Position numbers and translations under genes: made by a program. The notes beneath the pieces were generated by a model. It was not told the DNA's origin and ran no database searches. It was given only the letters and a program-made list of their open reading frames with translations. This document shows, in pieces, positions 44,051 to 59,100 of a stretch of DNA of 64,000 nucleotides. Source of the stretch: Octopus bimaculoides (lineage: Eukaryota); contig NC_068994.1 in the NCBI RefSeq assembly GCF_001194135.2, positions 45,055,487 through 45,119,486 of the forward strand, given 5' to 3'. Within the stretch, counting starts at the first letter, position 1, and every line of letters starts with the position of its first letter.

Positions 44051-45050
44051 TACGAGGGGTGTATGAAAAGTTTTGAGCCTCACAAAAACAAAACATAGTA
44101 CAAGACTTCTGATGATTTATTTTTCAACATAGTCCCCCTCGATGGCTGAACACTTTCTCCAGTGGTGCTGAAGCACCATTATCTTGGTGTAGAGGAACTC
44201 TTTTGTTTGAGACTCCAAGAAACTTCCTACAGCGTCTGACATCATTGTCACTGGCAAAATGGCAACGAGCCAAGACTAGAGGGGGCTAAGTCTGGCGAAT
44301 AAGGCAGATGGGGAACAAGTTCGTATCCACAATCATGAATTATTGCCATGGCAACCACTGAGGTATGGGCTGGAGTATTGTGATGAAAAAGGACTCCTCT
44401 GGTGAGCATTCCTGGCCTTTTTTCTGATTGCTTCTCAAAGGGGTTTCAGTAGCCGAGAATAATACAGCCCTGTCATGGTGTGACCCTTTTCAAGGTAATT
44501 GATCAGCAAAACACCTTGAGAATCCAAAAAAACTGACGCCATGACCTTGCCAGCTGAAGGAATGACTCTGGCCTTCTTTGGGGTGGGAGAAGATGTGTGC
44601 TTCCACTGCTTTGATTGTTCTTTGGTTTCAGGCTGGTAGTGATGAACTCAACTTTTGTCCGTAGTAATGAAATGGGCAAGAAAATTCTCTTCATCGGCTT
44701 CAAACAGTTCCAGATTGCTCGTGGACAAAGTGGTGTGTTTCTGTTCAGGAGTCAAAAGGCAAGGGACCCACTTTGCAGAAACCTTTGGGAACCCAAGTTC
44801 TTTTGTCACAATGTTGTCTGCTCTTTCAGTTGAGATACCCAGTGTCTTGGCTGTCTGACGACATGATATTCGACGATCTTGCATTATCATACCAAGAGCA
44901 AGGTCAATGTTGTCTTTGGTTGTTGCAGTTGGAGGTCTCCCTGGTGTGGGATTATCTTCCACACTCTCCCTGCCATGCTCGAATTCATTTACCCAGTGTT
45001 TGACTGTTGCATATGAAGGAGCATTGTCTGTTAAGGTTCTCACCATATCT
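44051..45050 (-). mobile_element. Decayed mariner (DD34D) element, 5'-truncated, one TIR retained
   Basis: KWVPCLL, FITTDKS, SAGKVMASVFLD, LFHHNTPAH and YSPDLAPS motifs on the minus strand. TIR TA-CGAGGGGTGTATGAAAAGTT at 44051 resembles Hsmar2/irritans-type ends. Confidence 0.88.
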
Positions 45051-45328
45051 TCATCGCCAGTGTAGCAAATGGGAGAAGATTTGTCTGTAGAATTTTTGGA
45101 TGTCTATGTTTATCAAGAGCTGGGCTCTTTAGTCATCAGTAGAACCACGTGTGTAATGTGTAATTTTGTCTGAGTGCACTATGTTCCTAATGGTCAGTGA
45201 TGCTCTTTCCTCGGTCACAGCTGGGTAGCCATCACACATACAGGCAAGCATATATATCTGTGAGTGTAAACATACGTATACATTCATATACACACATACA
45301 TGTGAATGTACATACATATGTACATAAA

Positions 45329-45382
<54 letters not shown>

Positions 45383-45867
45383 TATACGTACATACACACA
45401 CATATATATATATATATGAATATACGTACATACATATACACATGTATACGAATATGCGTACATACGTATGTATAAGTGTTTTTTTAAGGTATCAATCTAA
45501 AGGTTATTTTCAGTGTCGCACATGTACATTATATCTGATACTGCTCACAGACACATACAGATGGAACATTTCGCCGCGATATCTCAATAACTGGTTGTTT
45601 CGTACCATTCTAACGTCTCCTCTTCCTTTTCCTCATCCGCTTCCAGTTATACTCATTGCTACCACGTCTATTTTAACTACTCCTCCTACTACTGCTACCA
45701 CCACGGATATCAACACTACCAACGTAACCACTACGTTTCACTTTACTACTGCCACTACTACCACCATCACTATCACCACTGGAGTGACTACCACCATTGT
45801 CTTTACTACTACCACCACTACTAATACAATCTCAGCAGCTGCTGCTGCTGCTGAAGCTGAATAGTAG

Positions 45868-45900
45868 TGACGTCACCAATCTCGCCCGTCCGCTTGCGAA
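45868..45900 (+). promoter_or_regulatory. Palindromic CRE (GTGACGTCAC) overlapping CCAAT, followed by a GC-rich tract
   Basis: Perfect TGACGTCA at 45869-45876, ~490 nt upstream of the 46366 ATG. Confidence 0.4.
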
Positions 45901-46365
45901 AGAAGGGCTTCCCCTTTTTATCAGAACTGTATCTTTGGACTGGGAGGCGACAGTTGATATATCACATCAGTCTATCTATCTATATACATATAGATAGATA
46001 GCTATTTAAACATCTATATGTAATATATATATATACACATCTAAATATATATATATACACATATAGATAGATAGCTATTTAAATATCTATATGTAATATA
46101 TACATATTTATATATATATATATATATAGACACATAAATTCAGTGGGCACATACACACACACACTTACAATAGCGAGGAGAAATATTGGCATGTGTGTGT
46201 GTGTGTGAGTGTGTGTGTGTATATTTATATATATATATATATCTATCTCTCTATATATACTTATATAGAGATACAGAGCTATATATATATATCTATATCT
46301 ATTATACACTTATATATACAAAGACGGAAAGAACAGAAAAAGAGACACACACACACACCAAAAAA

Positions 46366-46446
46366 ATGTTGTCGCAGAACTTTGCTGCGGTGGAGAGCAG
46401 TATGGAAACTTGCAGTGTTGTGGACGAACGGAACGAACAGAAGAGA
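46366..46446 (+). CDS. Probable first coding exon of an unidentified gene (MLSQNFAAVESSMETCSVVDERNEQKR)
   Basis: aaaATG start, GC/CpG-rich 81 nt inside (TA)n sequence, consensus donor GTAAGT, phase 0. Downstream exons are unresolved. Confidence 0.5.
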
Positions 46447-46685
46447 GTAAGTATTATCAACTATCTATGAAATATATATATAATAATCCTATGTGGCATA
46501 TATATATATGGTTGTATATATATATATACAGCACATCAAATACATATTGATATATTTGGATATTTAGTCACCAATATATATATATATATAAGTATATATC
46601 TAGGTGACAACCTTGTGTAATCTAATTCTTTCACCATACAATATATGTCTTTTACTCTATCCTTCTAAATATCTACTTATGTATG

Positions 46686-46731
<46 letters not shown>

Positions 46732-46974
46732 TTTTACTGCAAAAGGGAATACCGAACATGTATGTAGCAAGAGTTATTTGTAATGGTCCTGTAATAAACC
46801 AATCCATTCTTTAACTTAAGCATCGTATCAGTAGAGAAGGATATATGTATATATACATACATACATATACACCCGTTCACCCACCCATTTGTCCTTGTTT
46901 TACTTCAACACGATCGTTTTCGTCCGCTTACATATAGAGATGGGTGTATAAAATATCTTGTACAAGAAAGCTAC

Positions 46975-47019
<45 letters not shown>

Positions 47020-47070
47020 CCAGGCCTAATACTGTGTACCTAACCACATACAAGTGTGTGTGTGTCGCAT

Positions 47071-47110
<40 letters not shown>

Positions 47111-49300
47111 TTTATCTTATGATATATATATATATATATATATGAGAGAAAGAAAGAGACCAGATATGTAGATAGATATGTGCATTATACCTGTAGTTGT
47201 AACAAATGTTGAAACAGAATGTTAAAAACTGCCTAACAAATGTACACAACTATATATATACATATATATATATTTATTTTCTCTTAGTTAATAATTAACT
47301 CGGGCAAAATAAATTGGTTAATAGATACCAGGGTAGCAAAGATCACAAAATGACTGTGGTGTAACTCCTGTTTATGAGGTAGAAACTCCTTGTTATTTTG
47401 GGTACTTGAGTAAATATATAAATTTAGTAAATTTATATATATATGTATAACCTAGCCTGTCTTTATCCTAGCTTATTCTACTGTGATTCTTGTTTTTTAA
47501 AGTGTTCGGTCAGTTTTTCTGAAGGTAGTATAAAGAAATGAAAAAAAGCTGTGTGTAAGTGTCTATATAGACTAAAATAGTGTACAAACTGTTGTAATTG
47601 TTAGTGGTTGCTCTTGTTTCACACAAGACTATGCACTAATTTACATACGTGCACCCATATTCCTCTCTGAGTATGAAATGTGTGAATTTGGGTGGTTGGT
47701 CGTGTTAAAATTATGGTAGCGAACACTTTTCTTGGACACGATAAACCGGAACATGTATGGAAGCTTGTATGCCTGTGGGTTGTGTTGTATGTATAAATAC
47801 ATACATATATATATAAATGTAGAAGTTTGTCAGAGGGTGTATATATATATATATGTATATATCTCAAATAGTACATCCCTTTCTGTTCTGGACTGCTTAG
47901 TCACCAGAGTACTGGAATTAGTAATTTTACATGGTGGTCGCTCCCTCAAGACGCACCATTGTGTGTCTATAAACCAGTCAGGTTTTTTTTTATTGCCTTG
48001 TCAGGTTTTTTTTTATTGCCTTGTCAGGTTTTTTTTTATTGCCTTACTAATTGATATAGTCATTCGTCCTTTCTACTCTAGCCTTTTGACCATCTTCTAT
48101 CTTGTCCTAACACGGATTTCCGTATCTCGGCTGAGATTCCTTGTGTGTATGTATGTATGTGAATAACCTCTGCCATGATTGATTTTTTTTTTACTGAGTA
48201 TATATGTAGCTGTGTATACATGCTTCCTTATATTTCCTTAATAGATATGAAACGGCTTGACCGCTTTCGTGTATGTATGTATACACACGAATATGGCATT
48301 GTATATTGCATGTGTGAATTTGATCAAGCGATTTTGGGTTGAATCTCGTATATAATACCCGTGTTCTGTCATGTCTATGCGTCACTTAAAATCTGCAATA
48401 AATGTGTGTATATCTGGACACACCTTTCTGCTTATTTCTGTAATGTAAAGCATACACCACGGCTATCAATTACATACGTTTCGAACCAACGAAGAAACCA
48501 CGGTCGCTCAGCGTGTTAGTTAACCGAAATAACAGCTAAATCTCCTTCAAATAATACCCCACCGTCTTAAAAAGAACAAAAGACAAAAAAAATAAAAGGA
48601 CACTTGGTTGATGTGATCCTCGTTGGACTGTCTCTAAAAAAAGACAGAACCACACAGTTTGAATTCCGTTGATCGTGTTTCAATCCCGAAGCGAATAATA
48701 TTCATATCTTCAATCCTCGCCGAACGAAAATGGTTGTTGTATGACATGGCTATCCACTAATGTCTGTACATCGATTGCCGTGAGTTGTGTGTATGTGTGT
48801 GTGTGTGGTTTTGGGCCATTGAACCGTAAGTCCGAGCACACACACACTTAGATCCTGGACATTTAAGTGTGGTGTGTAATGTGTATCTGTGAGTAATCAA
48901 TAAAAGGCAATCAAGACTAGTGTCCAACTGTTACGCATAAACTTGACCACTTTTATCAGTTTTACGTTTTGCATGTATGAACATGTATACATACACATAC
49001 ACAAAACATATACCCAGTTATGTATAAATAAATAAATAAATTACCCCTATCTTGTATAAACCTATGTGCTTCAAAACCTGTCTCCCCTCTACGCAACTGT
49101 GTATATATTTACACATATACGTTTTAATTATATATTTAAGAATGGAGGATTTTTTTTCAGACGTCATCAGATTAGTTTGTTGTTTATCTGCGCTGATAAG
49201 ATTTTTTTTATGTAATACAACCATGCACAAAATTTTCCATACTTTTAGTTTTTAATGCTTTTTCTCGAATTTCTTGAACACCTACACAAATGATTTTTTT

Positions 49301-49363
<63 letters not shown>

Positions 49364-50456
49364 CATACATATATACATACATCAGCATCTTTGTAATACC
49401 TTTCTTTGATATATATATTATTGGTGTCCCATCGATACCGTTCTTTTTTTGGCCTCACACAAGTGCTGCCATGAAATGAGGGGCTCGTTTGTTATAAAGA
49501 AGTATTCAGAAGTGTTCCCCCTTTTTGTGGCCACGATATTATACTCCCGCTTTTATTCCGTACCTCATCACACAATACTACCTACTCACCAATTTTACGA
49601 ATACATACATATATATATATATATACACACACATATATCATANNNNNNNNNNNNNNNNNNNNNNNNNNNNNNNNNNNNNNNNNNNNNNNNNNNNNNNNNN
49701 NNNNNNNNNNNNNNNNNNNNNNNNNNNNNNNNNNNNATATATATTATAATGTGTTTGCCTTCGCTATTATGAAATAATATTCTCTCTATTCTTTACATGT
49801 TTTCCATACGGAAGTGTAAGTTTCAATTCCGGTTAAAAGGTTAGATGATGATTAGCACGAAGAAGTGTGACTATTCATCGGTAGATATCGATGAAGCAGT
49901 TGGTAAAGGACTGATTGAGATGCTTCAGTGTCTGCTTCAAATCCATCTCCTTACCCACTTAGTCCTAAGATTAAACTAATCTTTATCCATTTCGGCATTT
50001 TATTTTATTGTTGGTAGTAGCCGATGTCTGATAAACGAAGTACCAGTTATATACTGCTGAAATGATTTCATTTGGTTATACTCACTAATTAAGTATCTAA
50101 GTAGTTGAGATTGTTACAAAAAAAGACAAAACCTTAAGCCGGCGACTATTTCATTCGTATCCTGATCGCAGACCTATTTCTCCCAAATGAGTTCTTATTC
50201 TATACCGTAGTCCTTACCTTTTATGTTTTCTTATTGGGTTTTTAAAAAAAATAAATGCTGATAAAATACCAGAAGCGTCTTAAAACGAGACGAGATCTCC
50301 GCCCCATTGTGTATGCTCAATGAAAAGCTTCGCACGGACAGCTTTGTCTTGTAGAATGGGAAGTTAAGACTTGTGGCTTTGTGAAATCTTTTTCGCATGA
50401 ATATACTATTACGAGTTGTACACTTTCAGTCTCTACATATTGTGCATCGAACACTC

Positions 50457-50506
<50 letters not shown>

Positions 50507-52869
50507 CACACAAGCACAGAGAAGACATTTACGTTTGAATAAAGGCATTTTGATATTTGTCTCGTTCATGTAAGGAGTTGTTGCTTAGGCCCAGATCAAC
50601 TCTGAGGAGCATACTTATACTTAAGGACCTTCTAACCATCACCATTCCATTTTGTATATCAGAAACTGTACAGTCTACTCTGCTTTTATTGAAAGCGTCA
50701 GTTAGGAATTTGAAGGCGATTTGGTTGCTGTTTCTAGCCTGTTGAGTGATTGCATAGAAACTTTTTTTTTAGTTGGTTGCTTGACCAGCAAGAAAAGTTG
50801 TCCAACTATCCTTTTCTTTGAATAATGTTGACCTAGATATATACTGTACTAGGAAAAAAGGGGAAAAAAAAAGATTGTATAAATACTATTTGGTCCACTG
50901 GATTAAGCTGACCTAGGTTTAAATAGGAATGAAATTTCCACTTAGTGTTTAATGTTTATTTGCATTGAAGGTGGATCACCTTGCATTGATAGTCGCACTG
51001 GTATGAGGTGTGATGTAAAGGGGGGGGGGCGCATAAGTACTGGGTGACAAATGTGTCCTGTGCTGAGTGTGCAGTAGAAGTTCCAGGAAGAGAAGGTGGT
51101 GAGATACCAAAAGCCTCTTTGATGAAGTGACACAGGATTAAGGCAAGTAGTGATATTGTTAATGCAGGCCCATTCAACTTGTTTCAGTGTAGGAAAGCAA
51201 ATGTTTTGAAATAATGGTTATAATTTTTGGATTGTGAACTTCAATTTCCAGAGATAAACATTTTTTTTTTTCAATATTCACATCAAACATTTCAACACTT
51301 GGTGACAATAATTGGAGATGAAAGCAGTGTTGTAAATATCTTATTAGCTATTGGCAAAATAAATCATCAATACCATTTGTAAAGCTGTGTTGCTTTGAGT
51401 AGCAAATATTTTAGCAAAAGATTTCACTTATTGATGGGATGAAATACTTAAATGATTGCTGTTAACGAGATCATATATTTTTACATTAACCTCATCTCTT
51501 TAGAGGTGTAATTTTTTTTTAATATTCACATTTGGTTTGCTCTCTCTCAGTCATTGTGTAATTATTATTACTTGATGTGTACACTGACATTATTCGAATT
51601 AGAAACCTTTATTTCTAATCTATTTGCAATAATGCTTTTATCTATTGGACACACGCACACAAAGTTAACAAACCATATCTACTGGATATTTGTTTGAAAC
51701 CTGTTGAAATGTTGAAATGCAGTCTTATTACACAAATGTATAATGTTATGTATACATACATATATTTTAAAGGTTTGAAACACATGAATCCAAGGGAATA
51801 CTGACCTAATCTTCTTTCTTGTGCCATGCTTACAGGTCATGGATCTTACAGATCGTGGACCTCCATGCCAAAGCTTGAAGATGTATTTTTTGGAGGGGAA
51901 TGGTACCATAGTAATTTCTCATTGCCTTCTGTTGGTTTATTTACAGTTTACACCATTCATCTGCTGCTCTATCCAGTTTATCCTTGGCACACAGGATCTA
52001 TTTAACTTATAGGCAGGAGAACTGGTTCACATGATGTCAGGGCATTTCCACACATAGATGGGCCTGTGTGACACATCTGGAGGCCATTCCTCCTTTGAGT
52101 CTTGTTTTGCCTTACCTACAGGACCATCTTCTGCTATTTGATCCACAACTGGGGCCCTTTATATACTACCATCACAGGACTGAGTGAAACTGGTAGTAGT
52201 GGTGACTAGGAGGTAACATTAAACTACTGGATGTAGTTTAATGTCTTTTCTAGGATTTTCTATCTTCAGATAACCAATCCTTTAACTGTTCTTTTAAAGA
52301 GGTACTCGTATAGTCATATCGTAACTCTAACCATGCAAGGGAAATGACTTTTTAGGTCTTTCTGAGAGACCTTGTTACATTCTGTAGTCTAAAAAGTATC
52401 TTTTTTGGTCAATGTCCTTCTCAGATTATCCTGGTTCTATGTAGCTTTATTGCCCCTTCCCTTTAAAAAGATCCAGGTATTGCTGTTTTTCTTAAGTTGT
52501 CAAGAGGTCTGTTTTTTCTTTTTAATGGTTAAGCAGAAATCTAATATGAATACTTACAACAGCCTGAACTCTGTAAACAGTACTCAAAACACCAAGTGGC
52601 TTTGTTAAACTGGCATTGTAGTGAGATAACTTTTTAAAGACATTCTTATTGAAAGCCATTTGACATGACTCAACATTTAGTTTAGATCCTTGTAAAACTA
52701 AACCCACACCCGTCTTTTCTTGCTGTCTTAACACTTCAGACTAATGAAATGCTCATCAGTTCTTTTAATGCTTACAGTACTGGGTGGAGTTGAACTGGCA
52801 GCACTTGTTGCTGTTGGGTGGATGGATTTCATTTATTTATTCTTTTAGTTGGTAATATTAGTGTCAATG

Positions 52870-53100
52870 ACCTTTGCAGATCCTGCCAGACTGGCAAGTT
52901 TGTTGTGTTTGATAGTCAGTTTAGACATCCACAGAGAGGGAATTCCAAATTGTTGCAGTTCTGGCACTGAAGGAACAGGTGCATTTTGCTAACAGAGTTG
53001 ACAAGAGAAGTGATGAGTGCACATTGGTGTGGTGGGTAGGCAGCCATTTTACTAGCTAACTCATGAATGACCCTTCTTCTTAGCAGCCAGTCATTAAAAG
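52870..53100 (-). mobile_element. Highly degenerate LINE ORF2 C-terminus (CR1/L2-like)
   Basis: SFSARTATIWNSL motif resembles the ..RT..WNSLP end of LINE RT proteins. Confidence 0.35.
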
Positions 53101-56100
53101 ATTTTACTCTGACTACAGTGTCTAGTTTAACACTTAGCTGGACCTTGAGTGTGTTTAGCAGAGTTCACTCTGTTGCAAATATTCAGATTTAGTGAAGAAA
53201 CTTCATAACTATGAGCTAACAGTTGTTTTGATGAGTGAATTTTTGTCAAACAGCTTGAGCTTTTGAGATAGTTTAAGGTGTATGACAACAAAGCTGTCCT
53301 AGTTGTTGGTAATATTCCATTGTGGATTTTATTTGAGCTTTGTAGAGTCAACAACTGATCGGGGCTGAAAGATTTTTTGTCTATTGAGCTGTTGAGAGGA
53401 AATGTAGTTTTGGGCAATTGTGTGTATAAGAGAATGTCATGGATTGCAACATGCCACATTTGTGACAACTCCAAGGGCTTTGTGTTGGGTTATTTGATAT
53501 TTAACCAGTTAGCATTCAGATTGCTCTTTCAGACGTAATGCTTAATTATTCACATTATCTTGACTTAATCATGCAATATCTTATAAGCGTTGAGATTTCA
53601 GTGTTGTGATGGCTTAGTTTTAGAATATAGGGTAAATACGAGAGGCTAGATCTGGCACCTTTGAATGTAAAACAGGTAGAATATTTGGACTTGATATGGT
53701 TGGTTTAAGTGCTAAAGGGTTAAGTGTCTTGGTTAGGAGCACAGTAGATATGAGTTACTTGGTTTGTTCTATATTCTATCAACTAAGCTGTTCTCTCTCT
53801 CATACATATTTGCACACAAATGAGCACTAATGTTAGATTTTAATGTGCTAAAGTAATTGACTCTTGTGAGTAGAGATTGTGATGCATATCAATAGCTGAC
53901 TTGGCCACTAATTCTGTACCAAGTTTTCACATATGTAACTGAAGGGATATCTGTGAATATCAATTGACAATAATCTCCATAGTGTCCACTAGGGAGCACA
54001 GATCTGTTTAGATGCTAATGTGAAACCATGGTGTAGAATAGTTGCTTAGTTTAATCTAAACATAATTTTACGTCTGCTCTAAGATGATACAAGTAACTGA
54101 GGTGCTTGTGTTCCAAGTGAAATGAATCTAAGAAGTGTGAGATGTAGTGAATGAAGGTTTTCTTTTTTTCTCTGCCAGTTTGCCTGCTGGTCAGTCTGTC
54201 TCTAGCTATTGTTTCTATTATTACTGCTACCAATAACACCACTGTTGCTTTCAATTTTTAGCTCTTATAGCCTGAGTGTTGCACCTAGTTAGTTGTTTGA
54301 TCAACTCTCTGCATACTACTGGCCTGCTTGACCAGATCAGACAAGACTTGAGTTTCACAGCTATCACTATTGCTACTCTATCGTCTCCACTGCCAACAAC
54401 CGCAGCAGAGGGCAGTTCTATGTGGTTAGTCAGGCTGTTAGAAATAGCAGCAAAATCTTTAAATTACACCCTACTGTCTTATATGAAATGAAACGGGATA
54501 GTCATGGCTATTAAAAATGATAGCAGGAATGTCTTTATAAGTTTTCTCTACCAGAGCAGATATGGGATTAAACAACTCTGTAACAGCAACCTTATGATGT
54601 CGGGTGTTCAGACATCAGCTGTGCACTGATAATTGATCAAAGTGAACTGATCTTGTATCCAAAATGTTACATATGCGGCTAGCTCTTTTCTCATTGTCTC
54701 ATAACTCTTAAAGTAGAAATGGATGCTAAGAATAAGAAAATGCAAACAGGATGAAGTTCTTTCATTTGGTTTACTTGTTTAGAGTAAAGCATACTCTTGA
54801 GACTATAATGTGCATATAGTCTGTAGGTTTTGTATAGTATATTTGTGTGTATATATGAGTAAGGACTTTTTCCATGCTAGCATGAGTTGGTTGGGGAGTT
54901 ATTTGAGGCAGGATGCTCTTCCCGTCACCAACTTTTACCTATTTTATAACAGTGGGGTATTTTTATTTGAAAGCACAAAGCAATCGGTTATAATGTTGAG
55001 AAAGAATGTAAACATTATCACTGATTTGTTCAAGTGGCAAACATGGGTGTCCACATTTGTGCATATATACACACATATGTATATTTATGTATGAGTTTCC
55101 TATACTTTCCATCTACCAAATTTACTCTCAAAGTATTGGTTGGCCTTAGGCTATAGTTGAAAAGTTATAATTATTGAAAAGAAATTATACGTTTAAACTA
55201 CAGTAGGCTTACAATACCCCAATATATATGTGTAGAAAATGTCCATTAGCACTCTTGTTATCATATTTTTGTTAAGATACACTGTCTTTCATCATCTAAT
55301 GTCTGCCTTCCATGCTGGCATGGATTGGATGGTTTGACAGGAGCTGGCCAGGCAGAAGACTGCACCAGACTTTTGTGTCTGTTTTGGCATAGTTTTTATG
55401 GCTGGATGTTCTTCCTAACACCAACCACCATGCAGAGAGAACTGAGTGCTTTTTCTGTGGCACTAGCACAGGTGAGGTTAGTTTTGGCATGGTTTTTACA
55501 GCTGGATGCCCTTCCAAATACCAGCCACTTTACAGTGTGGACTGGTTGTTTTTTATGTGGTACCTGCACTTGGGTAACCAAGTAACTTACAAGACAAAGA
55601 ACCTTGGACAAAGGACATTGGAGGATGTGTTTGTTTTAATTAATTTTTGAAAATAATGAAGAATTTAGTTGAAAAGCTTTGTCATTATTAAGCAGGTGTT
55701 GGGAATGTAAATCAACATGAAATTTTGATGGTTTTATTTTAGGTCATTTTAAAAGACAAACTAGGGTTTAAAAAATTATACAATTCAGTACAAAAAACAA
55801 ACTTTCATTTATGCAACAAATACAAAAAAAAAAGGGTACTGCTTCTGTTAGATTTTTGCTTTTGTAGAAGCATCAAATGGTTGTTGACTGCTTCTTTTTC
55901 TTATGAACCTCTAATTCTTCCCTATAACATTTTTGTGTTACCATTATAGATATATATATTTTTTTAATATTTTGTTAAAAATTGGATAGGATAATTTTCT
56001 GAAAGTTTTTAGAAAGCTGCTTGCTTTCAAAACCAGGTTTGGAGAAGTGTCTGTTGTCATGCTTGCAGTTTTAACTCTAAGGTCTTGATAGATGAGGGTC

Positions 56101-59100
56101 TTATTATCAGCCTATAGTAAATCTGATTATCGCATCTTTTTCAAATCCCATTTTCTTTGCCATTTTTACTAGATAGTTGCTGATCCTGACTGTTCCATCT
56201 TAATTTTGGACACAGTTTTTTGTCAAAACTGCCATGAAACATATATTTAGCTAATGTTATTTTCTCACTTGCATGGTATTTTTTCAGATATCCTCAATCA
56301 ATTACTGTTTGCCATCAGTCATGATAACTGACTTTCCAAGATAGTGTACCTTGTATTTGAAGATAATTCCCTGATTCATAGTCTGTCATGGTATAGTTGT
56401 TTGGTGGGATGAATGAAAACAGCTTGAGTAGGGATGCACATTTGAAGTGAGTCTAGATTTGAAGGATGACCAAGAGTAGTATCTAAAAGTAGATGTACTT
56501 TGGCCTCAAAATACTTTGGACTGAAACATTGGACTGAATCCTGTGCAGGTGGCACGTAACAAACACCATTTGAGCGTGGCCGTTGCCAGTACCGCTGGAT
56601 TGGTCCTTGTGCCGGTGGCACGTAAAAAGCACCCACTACACTCTCGGAGTGGTTGGCGTTAGGAAGGGCATCCAGCCGTAGAAACTCTGCCAGATCAGAT
56701 TGGAGTCTGGTGTAGCCATCTGGTTTGCCAGTCCCCAGTCAAATCATCCAACCCATGCTAACATGGAAAGCGGATGTTAAATGATGATGATGATATATAG
56801 TATGTGCATGTATACAAATTCACCTGTTTGTGTGTATTAAATTGAATACACACACATAGGGAAAAGTTGATACCAAGTAGAATTTGTATTGAAAAGTTTG
56901 GTACATAATTCAATACCTCTTCCTGTTATATACATACACATCCCTTCAAGGTACATTGTTGTTGAATTTAACTGGTGTTAACCCACGATCAGTTATCCCA
57001 TCATGTAACTGTTGTACAGGGTGGCTCAAAAGTAGGTTAACATTTATTCAACCATCTCTTTTGCATTCGTATATTAACAGTTTAGATCTTAATTATAAAA
57101 AAAATATGAAACCGTTATTGTATGCTAATTTAGTTAGTTTTGTCAAGCTCCCTTTTCAGTTTGTAAGGTAGAAATTTAAATGTAATAAAATGTTTTTAAA
57201 AGAAATTCAAAGTGCCTACATAATAGCAGTGGATCAGGTGCTGGAGGGTTTCATTCAGAAAACCCGCTTCGAGAGCAGCCTTGATCATATCTGCTTAAGT
57301 AGACACTTGTGGGTTTGATGTTGGCTAATTGCTAGCTACTTCTAGTTGTGGTCATATACCTTGTCTTTATTGAAAGGCGTAAAGTACTTAAAATTTGTTC
57401 TTTGTTGTAAAGACTTCTGAGTTTCTTAAAGGATATTTGGCTCAAGATTTTGTGCAGATTAATAGACTATAGAAATTCTTACAAAGATATTATGGTTGGT
57501 TTGCTATAGGCTTGGGAATAAAATTTGCACCTCCATGAAAAACAGTACTCTAGAGGTGAGTATCGGGCTAAAGTGTGTGTGTATACATGTACATATTCCT
57601 GTGTTATTGGAGAAATGGATTTTTTAAAATAGCTTTGATTTGCATTGTAAATAGACTCTTGTAGTTGCTAATCTAGTTTGTACCACCACAAATGCTACTG
57701 TTATGCTTATATTGTTACTACTACTACAGCTTGTACTCTTATTGTTGTACTATTGGTACTGATTCTACTATTGATACCACTGCCACTAGTACTACTACTT
57801 TTGGTGCTCTTACTGTCACTACTACTACTGTTTAGTGCATTCAACAGCTTGCTTTCCCTGCCATAAAAGTACCTCACTGCCTCCACCATATGTTAATTGT
57901 TAAACATATTTTAAGCATGGAGCATTAAAAAGTTAATTCGAAATATGTAGGAAGAGGTGTGGGGAAACAATAATTGTCAATATTTATCATTTCTCCAATG
58001 GAAGTACAAGACAGTTTCGGCCATGACTTGTTTGGTCTTATTCTGATCTTTTCAATGAAGCATAGCCTTTATTATACTCGAAGTACTGACCAATGAATTT
58101 ATTGGTGCAAAAGTTGAAACATTTGTGAGTATATAGGAAAACCAGATTGCTTAAAAATGAAATAATTCAGAAGTTTGATAAAGTCTTCTATCTGATCACA
58201 TTTTCCTAATTTCTTTTGTCAGCAAAGTTAATTTATATTAATCTATTCCATATTGCTGTTGATTTGTTTTTTTGTTTGCTTTCGTTCAAGTGAATTTATA
58301 ACTGGAGTGACAAGTGACACTGAAGCAGAGACTAATATGCTGTCTTGCTTTTACTTAGTGACACACTTACATACAAACACTTACTACCATCCTTGTCACT
58401 ATCTACTTGACTTTCTATCCAATTTCTTCCCCTATTTAAAAAAAAAAAAAGCTTCAAAGAAAAATTAGGAAATTCTTTCTATCATCAAACTTCAAGGAGC
58501 AAATTACTGTCTTTTTAGCAGTGGGATGTGGTTGCTGTATTGATTGTTTGTGGCTATAAAGAACCGATAGTGATTCTTTTCAATTTTCAAATCCTGCTGG
58601 ATTTGACTTACTCTTTCAACTGTCTGAAATAAATATCTAATATACCAGGACTATTAAAATCCCTACCAGTATTAAAAAAGGGTTGTCATATGCTGTTTGT
58701 GAATTTTTAAATATATAGGTGTAGGTATGAGTGTGTGGTTATGAAGTTTGCTTCCCAGTCATATGGTCTTGGGTTCAGACCCACTGCGTGACACCTTGGG
58801 CAAGTGTCTTATATTATAGCCATGGGCCAACCAAATCCTTGCGAGTGGTTTTGGTAGATGTCTGTGAATGTTCTGTGTATGTTTTGGTTTCTTGATTACT
58901 TGTGGTGTGAACACTGTAGAAGTGTTGCAAATAAATTCTTCTCTTTTGTGTATGACAGACATCATCAAGGTAGATTGTTTAGCCCAAGTCAGTCAAGTAG
59001 AACTATCATAAAAAGGGCTCTATCTGTGACTGTCCTATATTTTTGTATACCTAGCACTACATTGTCGATTATGTTCTTCCTTATAAGAATATGGGGTGTA

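Noticed and set aside
47872-47981. Antizyme-like ORF1 (..FTWWS..DAP)
   Set aside because: The WWS codons are not followed by the TGA of the +1 frameshift site, and no ORF2 was found in the window.
53009-53112. Possible C/D-box snoRNA (GTGATGA...CTGA)
   Set aside because: No convincing terminal stem or rRNA-complementary guide. It overlaps what looks like degenerate LINE sequence on the other strand.
50900-53500. Microsatellite-free block considered as a conserved non-coding or poison-exon region
   Set aside because: Part of it resembles ancient retroelement remains, and conservation cannot be assessed without alignments.
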